Shown here one piece after another: positions 9,252 to 25,012 of a DNA stretch of 49,603 bases; position 1 is the stretch's first letter; each line of letters begins with the position of its first letter. Position numbers and translations under genes: made by a program. Under the pieces are notes generated by a model. The model did not search any database. It saw only the letters and a list, made by a program, of their open reading frames with translations, and was not told the DNA's origin. Source of the stretch: Myxococcales bacterium (lineage in GTDB: Bacteria; Myxococcota_A; UBA9042; JABWCM01; BTVJ01); NCBI GenBank assembly GCA_045863395.1, contig BTVJ01000056.1:1-49603 (forward strand), in the 5' to 3' direction.

Positions 9252-11627
9252 ATGGAGCCGAACGAGGACGTGGAGCCGAAGGAACGTAGAGGCGTGGCCA
9301 CCGTCGACCGCATCGATGGCCGCCTGACTCCTGCAGGCCCCCGCCAGGCCGAACGCGACCGCTTCGAGGGCCTCCTCTCGGCAATCCCGGGGGTCGTGTG
9401 GGAGGCGCTCGGCGACCCGGACCAACCCGACCAGCAGATCCGCTTCGTCAGCAGCTACGTAGAGCAGATGCTCGGCTACACGGTCGAGGAGTGGGTCTCG
9501 AAGCCAAACTTCTGGCTGGACATCGTACACCCGGACGACCGGGAGCACGCTGCGTGCGAGGCAGCACGGACCTACCGGAGCGGGTCTCGCCATGGGTCGC
9601 TCCAGTTCCGTTGGCTTCGAAAGGACGGGCAGCCCCTCTGGGTGGAGTGCCAGTCCACGGTGGTATGCGACGACGCGGGACGCCCGGTGGGGATGCGCGG
9701 CATCACCCTGGACATCTCGGAGCGCAAGCGGGCCGAGGAGGCGCTGCGACGATCCGAGGAGCGCTTCGCGACGGCCTTCCGCTCGAGCCCGACCGCGCTG
9801 TTCCTGACCCGGGCGTCCGACAACGCGATCCTGGACGTCAACGGGCGCTGGGAGGAGCTGTTCGGTCTTCGCCGGGAGGATGTCGTCGGGCGCGCCGGCG
9901 TGGACGTAGGGATCAGCCGCAGGCCCGAGGAGTCGCAGCGAGCCGCCGCAGCCCTTGCCGAGTGCGGGCGGCTCGTAGACCTGGAGATGCACCTCGGGAC
10001 GGCCAACGGCGAGCGCGAGGTGCGGATGTCCATAGAGACCGTCCGCGTCGATGGGGTGCCATGCCTTCTCGGCTTCGTCGAGGACATCACCGACCGCCGG
10101 CGGGCGGCCGCCGACCTGGCCGGGGAGGAGGAGCGCCTCGCCGTCACGCTGCGCTCCATCGCTGACGGGGTCATCGCCACGGACATGGAGGGGAACGTCA
10201 CGATGATCAACCCGGTCGCAGAGGTGCTGACCGGCTGGAGCGCAGACGAGGCTGTGGGGCGGCCGGTCGGTGAGGTCTTCCACGTCTTCAGCCGGCGCAC
10301 GGGGCTGCCCGCGCCGGTTCCGGTGACCCGGGTGCTGGAGACCGGGGAGCAGGTGGGGCCGCACCACCACGCGCGGCTGGTCTCGCGAGACGGGACGGAG
10401 CGCATCGTCGAGGACAGCGCGGCGCCCATCCGCGACCGCCAGGGTCGGGTGCGCGGGGTGGTGCTCGTGCTCCGCGACGTGACCCGGCAGGAGCGCATCG
10501 AGGCGGAGCTGCGGCGCGCGAGCAAGCTCGACTCCCTGGGCGTGCTCGCCGGCGGCATCGCTCACGACTTCAACAATCTGCTGACAGGCATCCTTGCGAA
10601 CCTGTCGATTGCCCACGTGGAGGCGGGCGCGGGGTCTGCTCTGGCGGAGCGCCTCGCCAAGGCGGAGCGGGCAGCCCTGCGCGCGCGGGACCTCACGCAA
10701 CAGCTCCTGACGTTCGCCAAGGGGGGGGAGCCCATCCGGCGCCCCACGTCGCTGCGTGAGCTGATCACCGACTCGGCGATGTTCGCCCTGGCGGGGACGA
10801 GCGTGTCCACGGAGATGCGCTTCGAGGAAGGTCTCTGGACGGCGGAGGTCGACGCGGGGCAGATCGCGCAGGTCATCCAGAACCTCGCGATCAACGCCCA
10901 GCAGGCGATGCCCGAAGGGGGACGCCTCACGGTGCGCGCCTGCAATCTGGTGATCGAAGGAGACGAAGGGCCGCCGCTGCGCCCTGGGCGCTATGTCCAC
11001 ATCGAGGTCTCCGATCAGGGGGGCGGGATTCAGGCCAGCGCGATCCCCCAGGTCTTCGACCCCTTCTTCACCACCAAGCCCCAGGGCAGCGGCCTCGGCC
11101 TCGCGACGGCCTACGCGATCATCCAGAAGCATGGCGGATACATCTGCGTGGAGCAGACGGGGCCTTCTGGGACGACCTTCGGCGTCACCCTTCCGGCGTC
11201 GGAGCAGCAGGTCTCTGCCATCGAGCCGGAGGCCTTCCAGTGGATGGGCCGGGGCCGGGTGCTCGCCATGGACGACGAGCCTCTGATGCGTGAGACCTTG
11301 CTCGAGACGCTGCGGGCGCTGGGCTTCGAGGCGGTGGCCGTGCGGGACGGCGGCGAGGCGCTCGCCGAGTACGCGAGGGCGGCCAGGCAAGGCGAGCCCT
11401 ACGACGCCGTTATCCTCGACCTGACGGTGCCGGGAGGGCTCGGGGGGCGGGAGACCATCGGCCGGCTGCTGGAGCTGGACCCGAACGTGCGCGCCATCGT
11501 CTCCAGCGGCTACTCCGACGACCCGGTGATGTCGCGCTTCCGGGAGCACGGGTTCGCCGGGGTCGTCGCCAAGCCCTACACGCTGGCGGAGCTGCGGGCC
11601 ACCATGCGCGCGGTGCTGGAGCGGTAG
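9252..11627 (+). CDS. Cytoplasmic hybrid sensor histidine kinase (3 PAS-HisKA-HATPase-REC)
   Basis: PAS/PAC motifs (VHPDD, DISERKRAE, DITDRRRA); GIAHDFNNLL H-box; NLAINA, DQGGG, FFTTK, GLGL; receiver MDDE...DLTVPG...KPY. Confidence 0.95.
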   Translation: MEPNEDVEPKERRGVATVDRIDGRLTPAGPRQAERDRFEGLLSAIPGVVWEALGDPDQPDQQIRFVSSYVEQMLGYTVEEWVSKPNFWLDIVHPDDREHAACEAARTYRSGSRHGSLQFRWLRKDGQPLWVECQSTVVCDDAGRPVGMRGITLDISERKRAEEALRRSEERFATAFRSSPTALFLTRASDNAILDVNGRWEELFGLRREDVVGRAGVDVGISRRPEESQRAAAALAECGRLVDLEMHLGTANGEREVRMSIETVRVDGVPCLLGFVEDITDRRRAAADLAGEEERLAVTLRSIADGVIATDMEGNVTMINPVAEVLTGWSADEAVGRPVGEVFHVFSRRTGLPAPVPVTRVLETGEQVGPHHHARLVSRDGTERIVEDSAAPIRDRQGRVRGVVLVLRDVTRQERIEAELRRASKLDSLGVLAGGIAHDFNNLLTGILANLSIAHVEAGAGSALAERLAKAERAALRARDLTQQLLTFAKGGEPIRRPTSLRELITDSAMFALAGTSVSTEMRFEEGLWTAEVDAGQIAQVIQNLAINAQQAMPEGGRLTVRACNLVIEGDEGPPLRPGRYVHIEVSDQGGGIQASAIPQVFDPFFTTKPQGSGLGLATAYAIIQKHGGYICVEQTGPSGTTFGVTLPASEQQVSAIEPEAFQWMGRGRVLAMDDEPLMRETLLETLRALGFEAVAVRDGGEALAEYARAARQGEPYDAVILDLTVPGGLGGRETIGRLLELDPNVRAIVSSGYSDDPVMSRFREHGFAGVVAKPYTLAELRATMRAVLER

Positions 11628-11647
11628 GGCGGGCACTCCGCGGGTCC

Positions 11648-11676
11648 TTGCATCCGTCCGGGGCCTGTGCAATAAG
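11648..11676 (+). promoter_or_regulatory. Candidate promoter/operator upstream of the purine cluster (TTGCA-N15-TGCAA)
   Basis: TTGCA at 11648-11652 and TGCAA at 11668-11672 form an inverted repeat that overlaps a TTGCAT/-35-like and CAATAA/-10-like pair in the intergenic gap. Confidence 0.3.
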
Positions 11677-11745
11677 TCGCCCGACTCTGCCGCCCGTCGG
11701 CGCGGATCGGCCGCCCGACGGCGCAGTCGACCCCCGGAGCCGACC

Positions 11746-12900
11746 ATGACACTGCTCGCAGACGCTTACGCGGCCCTCGAGGGCCTCAGCCACGATTCGC
11801 TCCACGCGCTCTTTGGGCGCAGCATGCTCCTGACGTCGGACTGGTCCGACGCGGACATCGAGGCACTGTCCCGCCTGGCGGAGACCTTTGCCGCGCTGGA
11901 CCGGGCGGGAGTGGCCACGCCGCTGTTCCCGAACCAGCTCAACACCGCGCTCTTCTTCGACAAGTCGACCCGCACGCGCTCGAGCTGGGCCGGCGCCTCG
12001 GCGCGCCTCGGGTCGCAGCCCTTCATCGTCGACGGCTCCGCCACGCAGGTCGCCCACGGGGAGACGGCGGAGGAGACCGGCGCGATGCTCGGCATGAACA
12101 GCCACGCGCTCGGCGTGCGCCACGATCTGGTGCTCGGCGAGGGCAACACCTTCATGCGCAAGGCCAAGAGCGGCATCGACGACTACCTGGCCGCGACCGG
12201 GGACGGGCGCGTCGTGCCCATGGTGAACCTCCAGTGCGACATCGACCACCCGACCCAGACCATGGCGGACCTGCTGTGGCTGCGGGAGAGCTTCGGGCGG
12301 GACCTGCGGGGGCGGACCATTGCCGTGAGCTGGGCCTACTCGCCGAGCTACGCGAAGCCGCTGTCGGTGCCGCAGGGGCTGATCACGCTGCTCACGCGCT
12401 CCGGCATGAACGTGCGGCTGGCGCGCCCCGAGGGCTACGACCTGATGCCGGAGACCCTGGCCATCGCGGCCCAGAACGCCGAGCGCAACGGCGGCACCTT
12501 CACGGTGACGAACGACATGGACGCGGCGGTGGAGGGGGCGGACATCGTCTACCCGAAGAGCTGGGGCCCCTACGAGCTGATGCTGGAGCGGGTCGAGGCG
12601 AGCGCCAACCGGGACCAGAACGCCATGGACGGCATCGAGCGCCGGGCCCTGGAGCGCAACCGGGCGCACAGCGACTGGATCTACGACGAGCGGCGCCAGG
12701 CGCTGACCGCCGGCGGCAAGGCGCTGTACATGCACTGCCTGCCCGCAGACATCGGCGCCGAGGTGAGCCCCGGCGTCATGGACGACTTCCGGGTGCACGT
12801 CGCCCGCGAGGCCAACAAGAAGGTCTACGTGATCATGGCGCTGCTGGCTGGCGCCAAGGAGCCCGCGCTGTACGCGCGGTTGAGGGCGCTGCTGCCCTGA
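11746..12900 (+). CDS. ygeW: YgeW-type knotted carbamoyltransferase
   Basis: KSTRTRSS, HGET..ETG, NLQCDIDHPTQ, SWAYSPSYAKPLSVPQG, YPKSW, MHCLPAD. Confidence 0.88.
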   Translation: MTLLADAYAALEGLSHDSLHALFGRSMLLTSDWSDADIEALSRLAETFAALDRAGVATPLFPNQLNTALFFDKSTRTRSSWAGASARLGSQPFIVDGSATQVAHGETAEETGAMLGMNSHALGVRHDLVLGEGNTFMRKAKSGIDDYLAATGDGRVVPMVNLQCDIDHPTQTMADLLWLRESFGRDLRGRTIAVSWAYSPSYAKPLSVPQGLITLLTRSGMNVRLARPEGYDLMPETLAIAAQNAERNGGTFTVTNDMDAAVEGADIVYPKSWGPYELMLERVEASANRDQNAMDGIERRALERNRAHSDWIYDERRQALTAGGKALYMHCLPADIGAEVSPGVMDDFRVHVAREANKKVYVIMALLAGAKEPALYARLRALLP

Positions 12901-12909
12901 GGGTGAGCG

Positions 12910-14445
12910 ATGGAGACCAACCTGGAAGCGCGCGTCGCCGAGCTGGCGCGCGAGTATCTGCCGATTGCCGTGCAGCTCCTGAAGGACGTGATCCGCATCC
13001 CCGCGGACTACGTGGACAGGCCCGTCGAGGCGGGTGGGGATCCGTCGTGTGGGCTCTCGAACCACGAAGGACCGCGCCTGGAGCTGCTGCGGCGCCGCAT
13101 CATCGAGCTGGGGGCCGTCGACTCGCCCGATGACGTGGGCTTCGACCGCTACGGCAACCTCTGGTGGAAGGTGGAGGACCCGGACGACGGGGTGGCGCCG
13201 GCGGACAAGACGGTGGTGTGGCTCGACGGTCACACGGACACGGTCAAGGCGCTGCGGCACCAGTGGCGGGAGTCCATCGGCGGCATCGACGCCTACGACG
13301 GGGTCGTGGACGCAGGTACGGTGAACCGTGAGTTCCTGCGCGGCGAGCTGGGCACGCTGCCGCCGGACGACGAGTGGCACCACCTGGTGTTCGGGCGCGG
13401 GTCGGCGGACCAGCTCTCCGGCGTGGTGTGCCAGGTCCTCGCGACGAAGATCGCCCGGGAGCTGCGGCCCCTCGGGGCACTGCGGGGGGCCGTGATCTGG
13501 AGCTACGGCACCGCCGCGGAGGAGGACAACGACGGCGCCGGCCCCATGTACCTGGTACGCCAGGAGCTGCCAGGGGCGCCGGAGCGCGTGCCCGACGCCG
13601 TGATCCTGAGCGAGGGCACGGGCGACAGCCGGTATGGCGCCGTGGGCATCTACCGGGGCCAGCGCGGGCGCATGCAGATCGAGGTGGAGGTCACGGGGAG
13701 GAGCTGTCACGGCTCCATGCCGTGGGAGGGGCGGAACCCGCTGGAGGCCGGCGGGCGCATCCTGGCGGAGGCTGCGGACGCCTACGACCGGCGCGAGGGC
13801 TTCCTGGACAACGACTTCCTCGGGCACGGCACGCGCACGGCGAGCTGGTGCAAGCTCGACACCCCGAGCGACTGCGCGGTGCCCCACCGCTTCACGTTCC
13901 GCTTCGACCGGCGGCTGACCGTGGGGGAGACGCCCGAGCAGGCCGTCGCCGACGTGGCGGGGCTGCCGGCGGTCCTGCGAGCGCGGGAGGCGGGCTTCGA
14001 GGTGGACGTGCGGGTGCCGCTCTACGACGAGCCGACATGGCGGGGCTACCGGCCGGGCAACGCGCAGATCTACCCGGGGTGGATGACCCCGGCGGACCAC
14101 CCGGCGATCCTCGCGGCGGAGGACACCTACCGCCGCGTCTGCACGCCGCTGGTCGAGGTGGAGGGCGGCCCTGGCGGGCTCCGGCGAGAGCCACGTGTGT
14201 CGCGGTGGATCTTCTCCACCGACGGCGTTGGCTTCCCCATCCCCGTAGAGGATGAGAGCGTCGCCGTGCCCCCGTCCAAGCGGTGGGTGACGTCGGGGGC
14301 GTTCAAGCACCCGGCCATGTTCGGCGTGGGCCCGGGCATCGAGCAGAACACGCACAAGATCGGCGAGTGCGTGGACAGCCGCGAGATGGCCCTGGCCATC
14401 GCGTTCATGGCGCGGTTCCCGAGCCTTTTCCACGCGTCGAGGTAG
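12910..14445 (+). CDS. ygeY: M20 metallo-hydrolase, YgeY-like
   Basis: DGHTDTV, GRGSADQ, EEDNDG, YRGQRGRM, GRSCHGSMP, DRRLT.GET, W.FSTDGV; follows ygeW. Confidence 0.8.
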   Translation: METNLEARVAELAREYLPIAVQLLKDVIRIPADYVDRPVEAGGDPSCGLSNHEGPRLELLRRRIIELGAVDSPDDVGFDRYGNLWWKVEDPDDGVAPADKTVVWLDGHTDTVKALRHQWRESIGGIDAYDGVVDAGTVNREFLRGELGTLPPDDEWHHLVFGRGSADQLSGVVCQVLATKIARELRPLGALRGAVIWSYGTAAEEDNDGAGPMYLVRQELPGAPERVPDAVILSEGTGDSRYGAVGIYRGQRGRMQIEVEVTGRSCHGSMPWEGRNPLEAGGRILAEAADAYDRREGFLDNDFLGHGTRTASWCKLDTPSDCAVPHRFTFRFDRRLTVGETPEQAVADVAGLPAVLRAREAGFEVDVRVPLYDEPTWRGYRPGNAQIYPGWMTPADHPAILAAEDTYRRVCTPLVEVEGGPGGLRREPRVSRWIFSTDGVGFPIPVEDESVAVPPSKRWVTSGAFKHPAMFGVGPGIEQNTHKIGECVDSREMALAIAFMARFPSLFHASR

Positions 14446-14580
14446 TCAGGGCGGGCGCGGGGCGGGTTCCGGGTTGTGCCCCGGCCGGGGTGGCGGCATG
14501 ATGGGGGCTCCGAAGCGCAGACGGCCGAGGCTCCTGCCTTCGGGCGGCTCCTCGACCGACCTCTGACTCAGGTGACCCTC

Positions 14581-17219
<2,639 letters not shown>

Positions 17220-17223
<4 letters not shown>

Positions 17224-18431
17224 CCTGCGTCGTGGGGCCGGACAGGCGGGGGGCGTGGCTGGTGCTCCAGGGGCCGCAGATCGCCGACGTGGGGAAGGGG
17301 CCTCCACCGGACGAGCCCGGGGCAGACCACCTGGACTGCAAGGGCGGGCTCATCCAGCCGGGCTGGGTCAACGCCCACACCCACCTCTACTCGGGGCTCG
17401 CCCCGCTGGGGATGCCAGCGCCGGCGGAGACACCCGAGACCTTCGTGCAGATCCTGGAGAAGGTCTGGTGGCGCCTCGACAGGGCACTGGACCCTGCGTC
17501 CCTGCGGGCCGCTGCGCGATACTACATCGCCAACGCCCTGCTGTCGGGGACGGTGGGGCTCGTCGACCACCACGAGTCCCCGGGTTTCATCGCGGGGTCC
17601 CTCGACGTGCTGGGCGACGCCTGCGAGGAGCTGGGGATTCGCGCCGCCCTGTGCTACGGCGCCACGGAGCGCAACGGGGGACGGGAAGAGGGGGCGCAGG
17701 GGCTCCTGGAGTGCCGCCGATTCGCCGAGGCCGGCGGGCGCCCCCTTGTGCGGGCGCTGGTGGGCCTCCACGCCTCCTTCACGGTGTCGGACCAGACCAT
17801 CCACGCGGCGGGGGAGCTGTGTCGGGCGCTCGGAGCGGCGCTGCACGTCCACGTGGCGGAGGACCTGGCCGACGTGGAGGACGCCCGGGCGAGAGGCTAT
17901 CTGGACCCACTGGACAGGCTGGCGCGCCTCGGCGCCCTGGTGGATGGATCCGTACTCGCCCACGGGGTGCATCTCGGGGAGGACGCGGTGCGGAGGGCAG
18001 CGGACGCGGGCTGCTGGCTCGTGCACAACCCACGCTCCAACCGCGGGAACCGGGTCGGGTACGCGGCGGCGCTCGGAGCGAGCGACCGAGTGGCGCTGGG
18101 GACCGACGGCTACCCGGCGGTGGTGGCCGACGAAGAGGCGGCGCTCCGCGAGGAGGCCGAGGCGCACGGGGAGGAGTGGTCGGCCGTGTGGCGCCGCGCC
18201 AGCGGCGGCGCGGAGCTGCTCGCGGAGCTCTTCGACGTCCCCGACGCGCTGGAGGTCGGCGCGCCGGCAGACTTCATCGTGACCGACGGGGCAGACCGCG
18301 TCCGTCACGTGGTGGTGGACGGGCGAGTGGTCGTCCGAGACGGCCGCCTCCAGACGGGGGACATGGACAGCATCAAACACGAGGCAGAGGCCGAGGCCGC
18401 CCGCTTGTGGGCGCGCATGGCCGCCCTCTGA
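17220..18431 (+). CDS. ssnA: SsnA-like metallo-amidohydrolase
   Basis: ATGA overlap with xdh; [54 protein letters not shown]. Confidence 0.82.
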
Positions 18432-18444
18432 CGCAGGAGCACGC

Positions 18445-21233
<2,789 letters not shown>

Positions 21234-21252
21234 CCGGACCGGGGAGGCACTG

Positions 21253-23352
21253 TCAACGTCGGGCAGGCACATCGGCGAGCGCCCACGAGCCCACGCCATC
21301 GATGGCAACCTGGACACCATCGGCGGCGAATGCCTGCGCCTCGTCATCCGGCGTCCCCCCACGCCGCGAGACGATCCAGTGCTCGACCAGTGACTGCTGC
21401 TCAGCCGCCTGCCTTGCGACCTCTCGGAGTACGAGGGCTTGGTAGCTGGTCGCGCCCGCGTCGCACACCGCGATGGACTCCGCGTTGCCGAGGCGCGGCG
21501 CCAGGGCGCGAAACAGGGAGCCCACGAGGGTGGAGGCGTCCCGCGCGGGTCTGCCTTCGCGTTTGGGCGCCGGTGGCTGGGAACCGTCGTCCATGGGTAC
21601 GAGCAGGAAGGAGGCATCCCTCACATCGTCGCTCGATGGCGCGCCCCCACCGCTGGCGCTCCACGCGCAGGTGAGCCGCTGCGCGTCCTTCCACGCCACC
21701 TCGACCCACCGGGCAGGCAGGTCGAGGTCCCCTGCCTTGCACGCCGCCTGGAGCCATGACGTGCCGTCACGTCGCGTCGCCCTGAGGGCCTCCCGGCTCG
21801 CGAAGAGGAGCAGGCAGAAGCCGTCGCCGAGTCGGGTCCTCGCGGCGTGGAGCGCGTGCGCGAGGGCTCCGGCCCTCCTCGTGAAGGGCAATGCCATCGC
21901 CAGAACGCCAAGCCCGGTGGGCAAGGCCTGCGCCGCAAGACAGCCCGCCCACTCCAGGTGGAAGCGCAGGACGGACCAGAGATCCTCGATCTCCCTGGCG
22001 TAGTCCGCCTCGGTCCACGTGGGCTTGCGCGCCGCGTGTGCGAGGTCATTTCGGAGCTGCGTGAGCCGCTTGAGCTTCTGGGCTACCGCGATGTCGTCGT
22101 CAGTGGCACCGCGTGCCCGCAACACGTTCTGCAGAGCCTGGTCCCGAGGGGCAGAGAAGTAGCTCAGCGCCCCGAGCAGGCGCTCGCCGCGGCTCCGCCG
22201 CTCCCGCAGCCAGGAATCGGTCTCCGCCCCTCTCCGTTTGGCGTCCGCGAGCTGCAGCGCGCTCACGCAGTACTCCCGCACGTGCAAGAGCGCATCGGCG
22301 GACCGTCCGTGGCGGAGCAGAAGATCGACGACCCGCGCGTGCCGGTCGAGATCCGCGTCGTCGAGGACCCAATCGCCCTTCTTCACGGGAACGCTGTGGA
22401 CGCGCCAGTCGGCGGTTGCGGACACGATGTCGGCGAGCAGACTCGATACGAGAGTGCCCCGACCAGACGACGCGGGCAGCGCGGGTGCAAGGCCGGGATC
22501 AGCGGCCGCGCGCGCAGCCTCCATGTCCAGGGCGAGCTGGGCGGAGCGAATGAACTGGTGCAGCGGCGCTGGAAGCTGTGCCGAGGGGCTGATCCGCTGG
22601 ATGAAGCCCTCCGCCGACCGGAGATCGAGGCCTCGCGCCAGGTGCGTGACCGCCGTGGCCGCCGCCATGGAGTCGAAGAAGGGTGTCGTGTCGAAGCCTC
22701 TCCCCGAGGCGGCAGCAGCGGGCCTCGGACGAGCGACCGCCGCGCCATCCTGCTCGAACCAAGCCGGAGCCGAGGCCTGCACGAGCTCGCCATAGAGCGT
22801 GGCGACCCGCTCAGAGAGCCCTCGCGCCTCTTTCAGGTAGGCGGTCGCCAGCAGGAGTCCGAGCGCGATGGGCCGCAGCCCCGCGCTGACGTCGACGAAG
22901 ATCCGCTGATACTGCTCGAAGACGCGTCCCCCGTCGGCCTCGGAGAAGAAGGCCCTCGCCACGGCGTCCTCAACCCGCGCCGGCATTCCGGCCAGGTAGT
23001 CCACGATGTCGGGCGCCTCCTCCCAGTCGGCGCGCAGGCTCCCGAAGTGCACCTCCCCAGTGTGATTCTGCCGTCGGGCTACGGCCTCCAGATCCTTCGT
23101 CGCCACCTGCAGCGCGGAGAGATAACCCTCGGAAGGGGGTCCCTCGATGGGCTCTGTGGCCTTTGTCGTCACCAGCAGGAAGTCCACCCTCGACGTGGGA
23201 TCGAGCGCGGCGAGAGCGAGCCCTGCGGGGAGCCTCGCGCGCAGCGTCTCTTCCCCACGGCACTCCCAGCGGCCGATTGCGGCAGGTCGCCGGTAGTCGA
23301 CTTCGCTGAGCATGACCCCGACCGCACTCAGCACGAGAACGCGCTCACTCAT
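21253..23352 (-). CDS. Csx1/TM1812-like CARF-HEPN protein with extra C-terminal CARF-like domain
   Basis: IFVDVSAGLRP (variant of the DxTHGxR CARF motif) followed by LLLATAYLK and LYGE; HEPN RNDLAH (RxxxxH) at about 22036-22053; C-terminal beta-alpha segment with a DAGATSYQ loop. Confidence 0.68.
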   Translation of the reverse strand: MSERVLVLSAVGVMLSEVDYRRPAAIGRWECRGEETLRARLPAGLALAALDPTSRVDFLLVTTKATEPIEGPPSEGYLSALQVATKDLEAVARRQNHTGEVHFGSLRADWEEAPDIVDYLAGMPARVEDAVARAFFSEADGGRVFEQYQRIFVDVSAGLRPIALGLLLATAYLKEARGLSERVATLYGELVQASAPAWFEQDGAAVARPRPAAAASGRGFDTTPFFDSMAAATAVTHLARGLDLRSAEGFIQRISPSAQLPAPLHQFIRSAQLALDMEAARAAADPGLAPALPASSGRGTLVSSLLADIVSATADWRVHSVPVKKGDWVLDDADLDRHARVVDLLLRHGRSADALLHVREYCVSALQLADAKRRGAETDSWLRERRSRGERLLGALSYFSAPRDQALQNVLRARGATDDDIAVAQKLKRLTQLRNDLAHAARKPTWTEADYAREIEDLWSVLRFHLEWAGCLAAQALPTGLGVLAMALPFTRRAGALAHALHAARTRLGDGFCLLLFASREALRATRRDGTSWLQAACKAGDLDLPARWVEVAWKDAQRLTCAWSASGGGAPSSDDVRDASFLLVPMDDGSQPPAPKREGRPARDASTLVGSLFRALAPRLGNAESIAVCDAGATSYQALVLREVARQAAEQQSLVEHWIVSRRGGTPDDEAQAFAADGVQVAIDGVGSWALADVPARR

Positions 23353-23645
23353 CGACGTTCCTTCGCAGCTCGCAGGTCGCCCCGACGTGCGCTCGATGCA
23401 CTCAGACTCTCTGCGCTACGAGCCCCTGCGTGTGTTCGCTCCCAAGTCTCTCTGATAGCACGATGGCATCTCTGAGGGCAACCTCGCCGCACACACCGGA
23501 ACCAGACAGGCGGCTCGATGTGAGGTGAGGGGAGATGGGTGGGCTGGCTACAGGGCACGGCGATCGCCGACAGGTCGCACGCCAGCGCCCTCCGGCGCGT
23601 ACCTGCGTGCGCCTCCTGCGACGTCCGCTCGCCCCTCCGGGCCGG

Positions 23646-23896
23646 TCAGAGCACCGCAAGGGCGGCGGCGAGGGGGTCGAGCAGCGCGACCATGCCGGCG
23701 AGCCACGCGGCGCACCCGATCTGGGCGGTCCAAACCAAGGACCGGCTCAAGCAATCCACGTCGCCGTCAGCGCGACGACCCACCCAGCCACGACAATGGC
23801 AGGCAGTGCCCAGGGCAGCACGGCCAGGACGACATGGCGGACCGACCCGCGACCAGTGACTGGAGGCACGGAGGGCGGGAGCATGGGTTCCTCCAT
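23646..23896 (-). pseudogene. Possible frameshifted remnant of a small membrane protein
   Basis: One frame gives VVLAVLPWALPAIVVAGWVVALTATWIA then stops at 23747; an overlapping frame continues LVWTAQIGCAAWLAGMVALLDPLAAALAVL. Confidence 0.3.
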
Positions 23897-24258
23897 GGCT
23901 GGGGGGCTCGTCTGGCCCGGGCGACCGCATCCTGCCCGGTGCTGCCGCGCCTGTCGAGCGGGCGGGGCACGGGGTTGTAGCTGGCCAGGACCAGGGGCAG
24001 CCATGCAGCGGCCGCAGTCCCACCCTGCAGCCGTCGTCCTGTGCCTGGCACGTCTCCCGCCCGACCGCTCCGCAGCCATCCGTTGCCCACGCCGCGGCGC
24101 CGTGGCATCATCGCCCGCCGCGAAGAGCCCCATCGTGGTGAGGGACCTTGCGGCCACGGGCGTGCGGACTCATGGGCCGGATGGAGGCACAGTCGCAGCT
24201 TGCCCCGAACGAGCGCCGTGACCGGGCGCCTGCCAACGGACGAGGCGGAGAGGCTGCC

Positions 24259-24939
24259 ATGAGGACCAGGGAGGACGTGCTGCGGCTCATCGACGAGGAC
24301 GCCCGCCTGCGCGCGGCGTGGGGCCGCGCCACGAAGGAGGACCACGGCGACGCGGCCCACGACGTGGAGCACCTGCTCCGGGTGGCCCTGTGGACCGTGC
24401 GCATCGGGGGCGCCGAGGTGGACCCGCGTGAGGCAGTCGCTGCGGCCCTGCTCCACGACGTGGTCAACGTGCCCAAGGACTCGCCAGACCGCGCCCTCGC
24501 GTCCGCCCTGTGCGCCGAGGAGGCGCGCCGCGTCCTCGCCGAGGCCGGGTTTCTCGCCGACGCGGTCGACCGCATGGCGGGCGCCATCCTCGATCACAGC
24601 TACTCCAGGGGCGCCACGCCGCGCTCCCCGCTCGGGCGCGCCCTGCAGGACGCAGACCGGCTGGAGGCCCTCGGGGCGCTGGGCATCATGCGCACCATCT
24701 CGACGGGGGCGCGCATGGGGTCGCGTTACAGCCACCCGAGCGACCCCTGGGCCCTCGGGCGCCCGCTCGACGACGTCGCCTTCTCCGTGGACCACTTCTT
24801 CACGAAGCTCCTGGGGCTGGCGGCGACCATGTGCACGGAGACGGGCCGCGCGGAGGCTGCACGCCGCACGACCCACATGCGGGCGTTCCTCTCTCAGCTC
24901 GCCGACGAGCTGGGCGCCCCGCTGCCCGAGACCGTGTGA
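24259..24939 (+). CDS. HD domain phosphohydrolase (YedJ-like)
   Basis: DAAHDVEH..RV, AALLHD, HSYS, LQDADRLEALGA.G, DHFFTKLL. Confidence 0.9.
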   Translation: MRTREDVLRLIDEDARLRAAWGRATKEDHGDAAHDVEHLLRVALWTVRIGGAEVDPREAVAAALLHDVVNVPKDSPDRALASALCAEEARRVLAEAGFLADAVDRMAGAILDHSYSRGATPRSPLGRALQDADRLEALGALGIMRTISTGARMGSRYSHPSDPWALGRPLDDVAFSVDHFFTKLLGLAATMCTETGRAEAARRTTHMRAFLSQLADELGAPLPETV

Positions 24940-24969
24940 AGGCTGGGGCAGCACTGGCCCGAGGCGCTC

Positions 24970-24989
24970 GGGAGGCGCTGGAGCCTCCC
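24970..24989. terminator. GC hairpin between convergent genes
   Basis: GGGAGGC-gctgga-GCCTCCC stem-loop; no U-tract. Confidence 0.3.
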
Positions 24990-25012
24990 CCAGCACCCGA
25001 ACCGGGGCTGAG

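Noticed and set aside
11410..14433. 1007-aa minus-strand ORF and similar long antisense ORFs (9138-11747, 33592-36351, 42462-45248)
   Set aside because: Antisense to well-supported genes; no recognisable motifs.
23353..24258. CRISPR leader or array beside the Csx1-like gene
   Set aside because: No regularly spaced direct repeats were visible.
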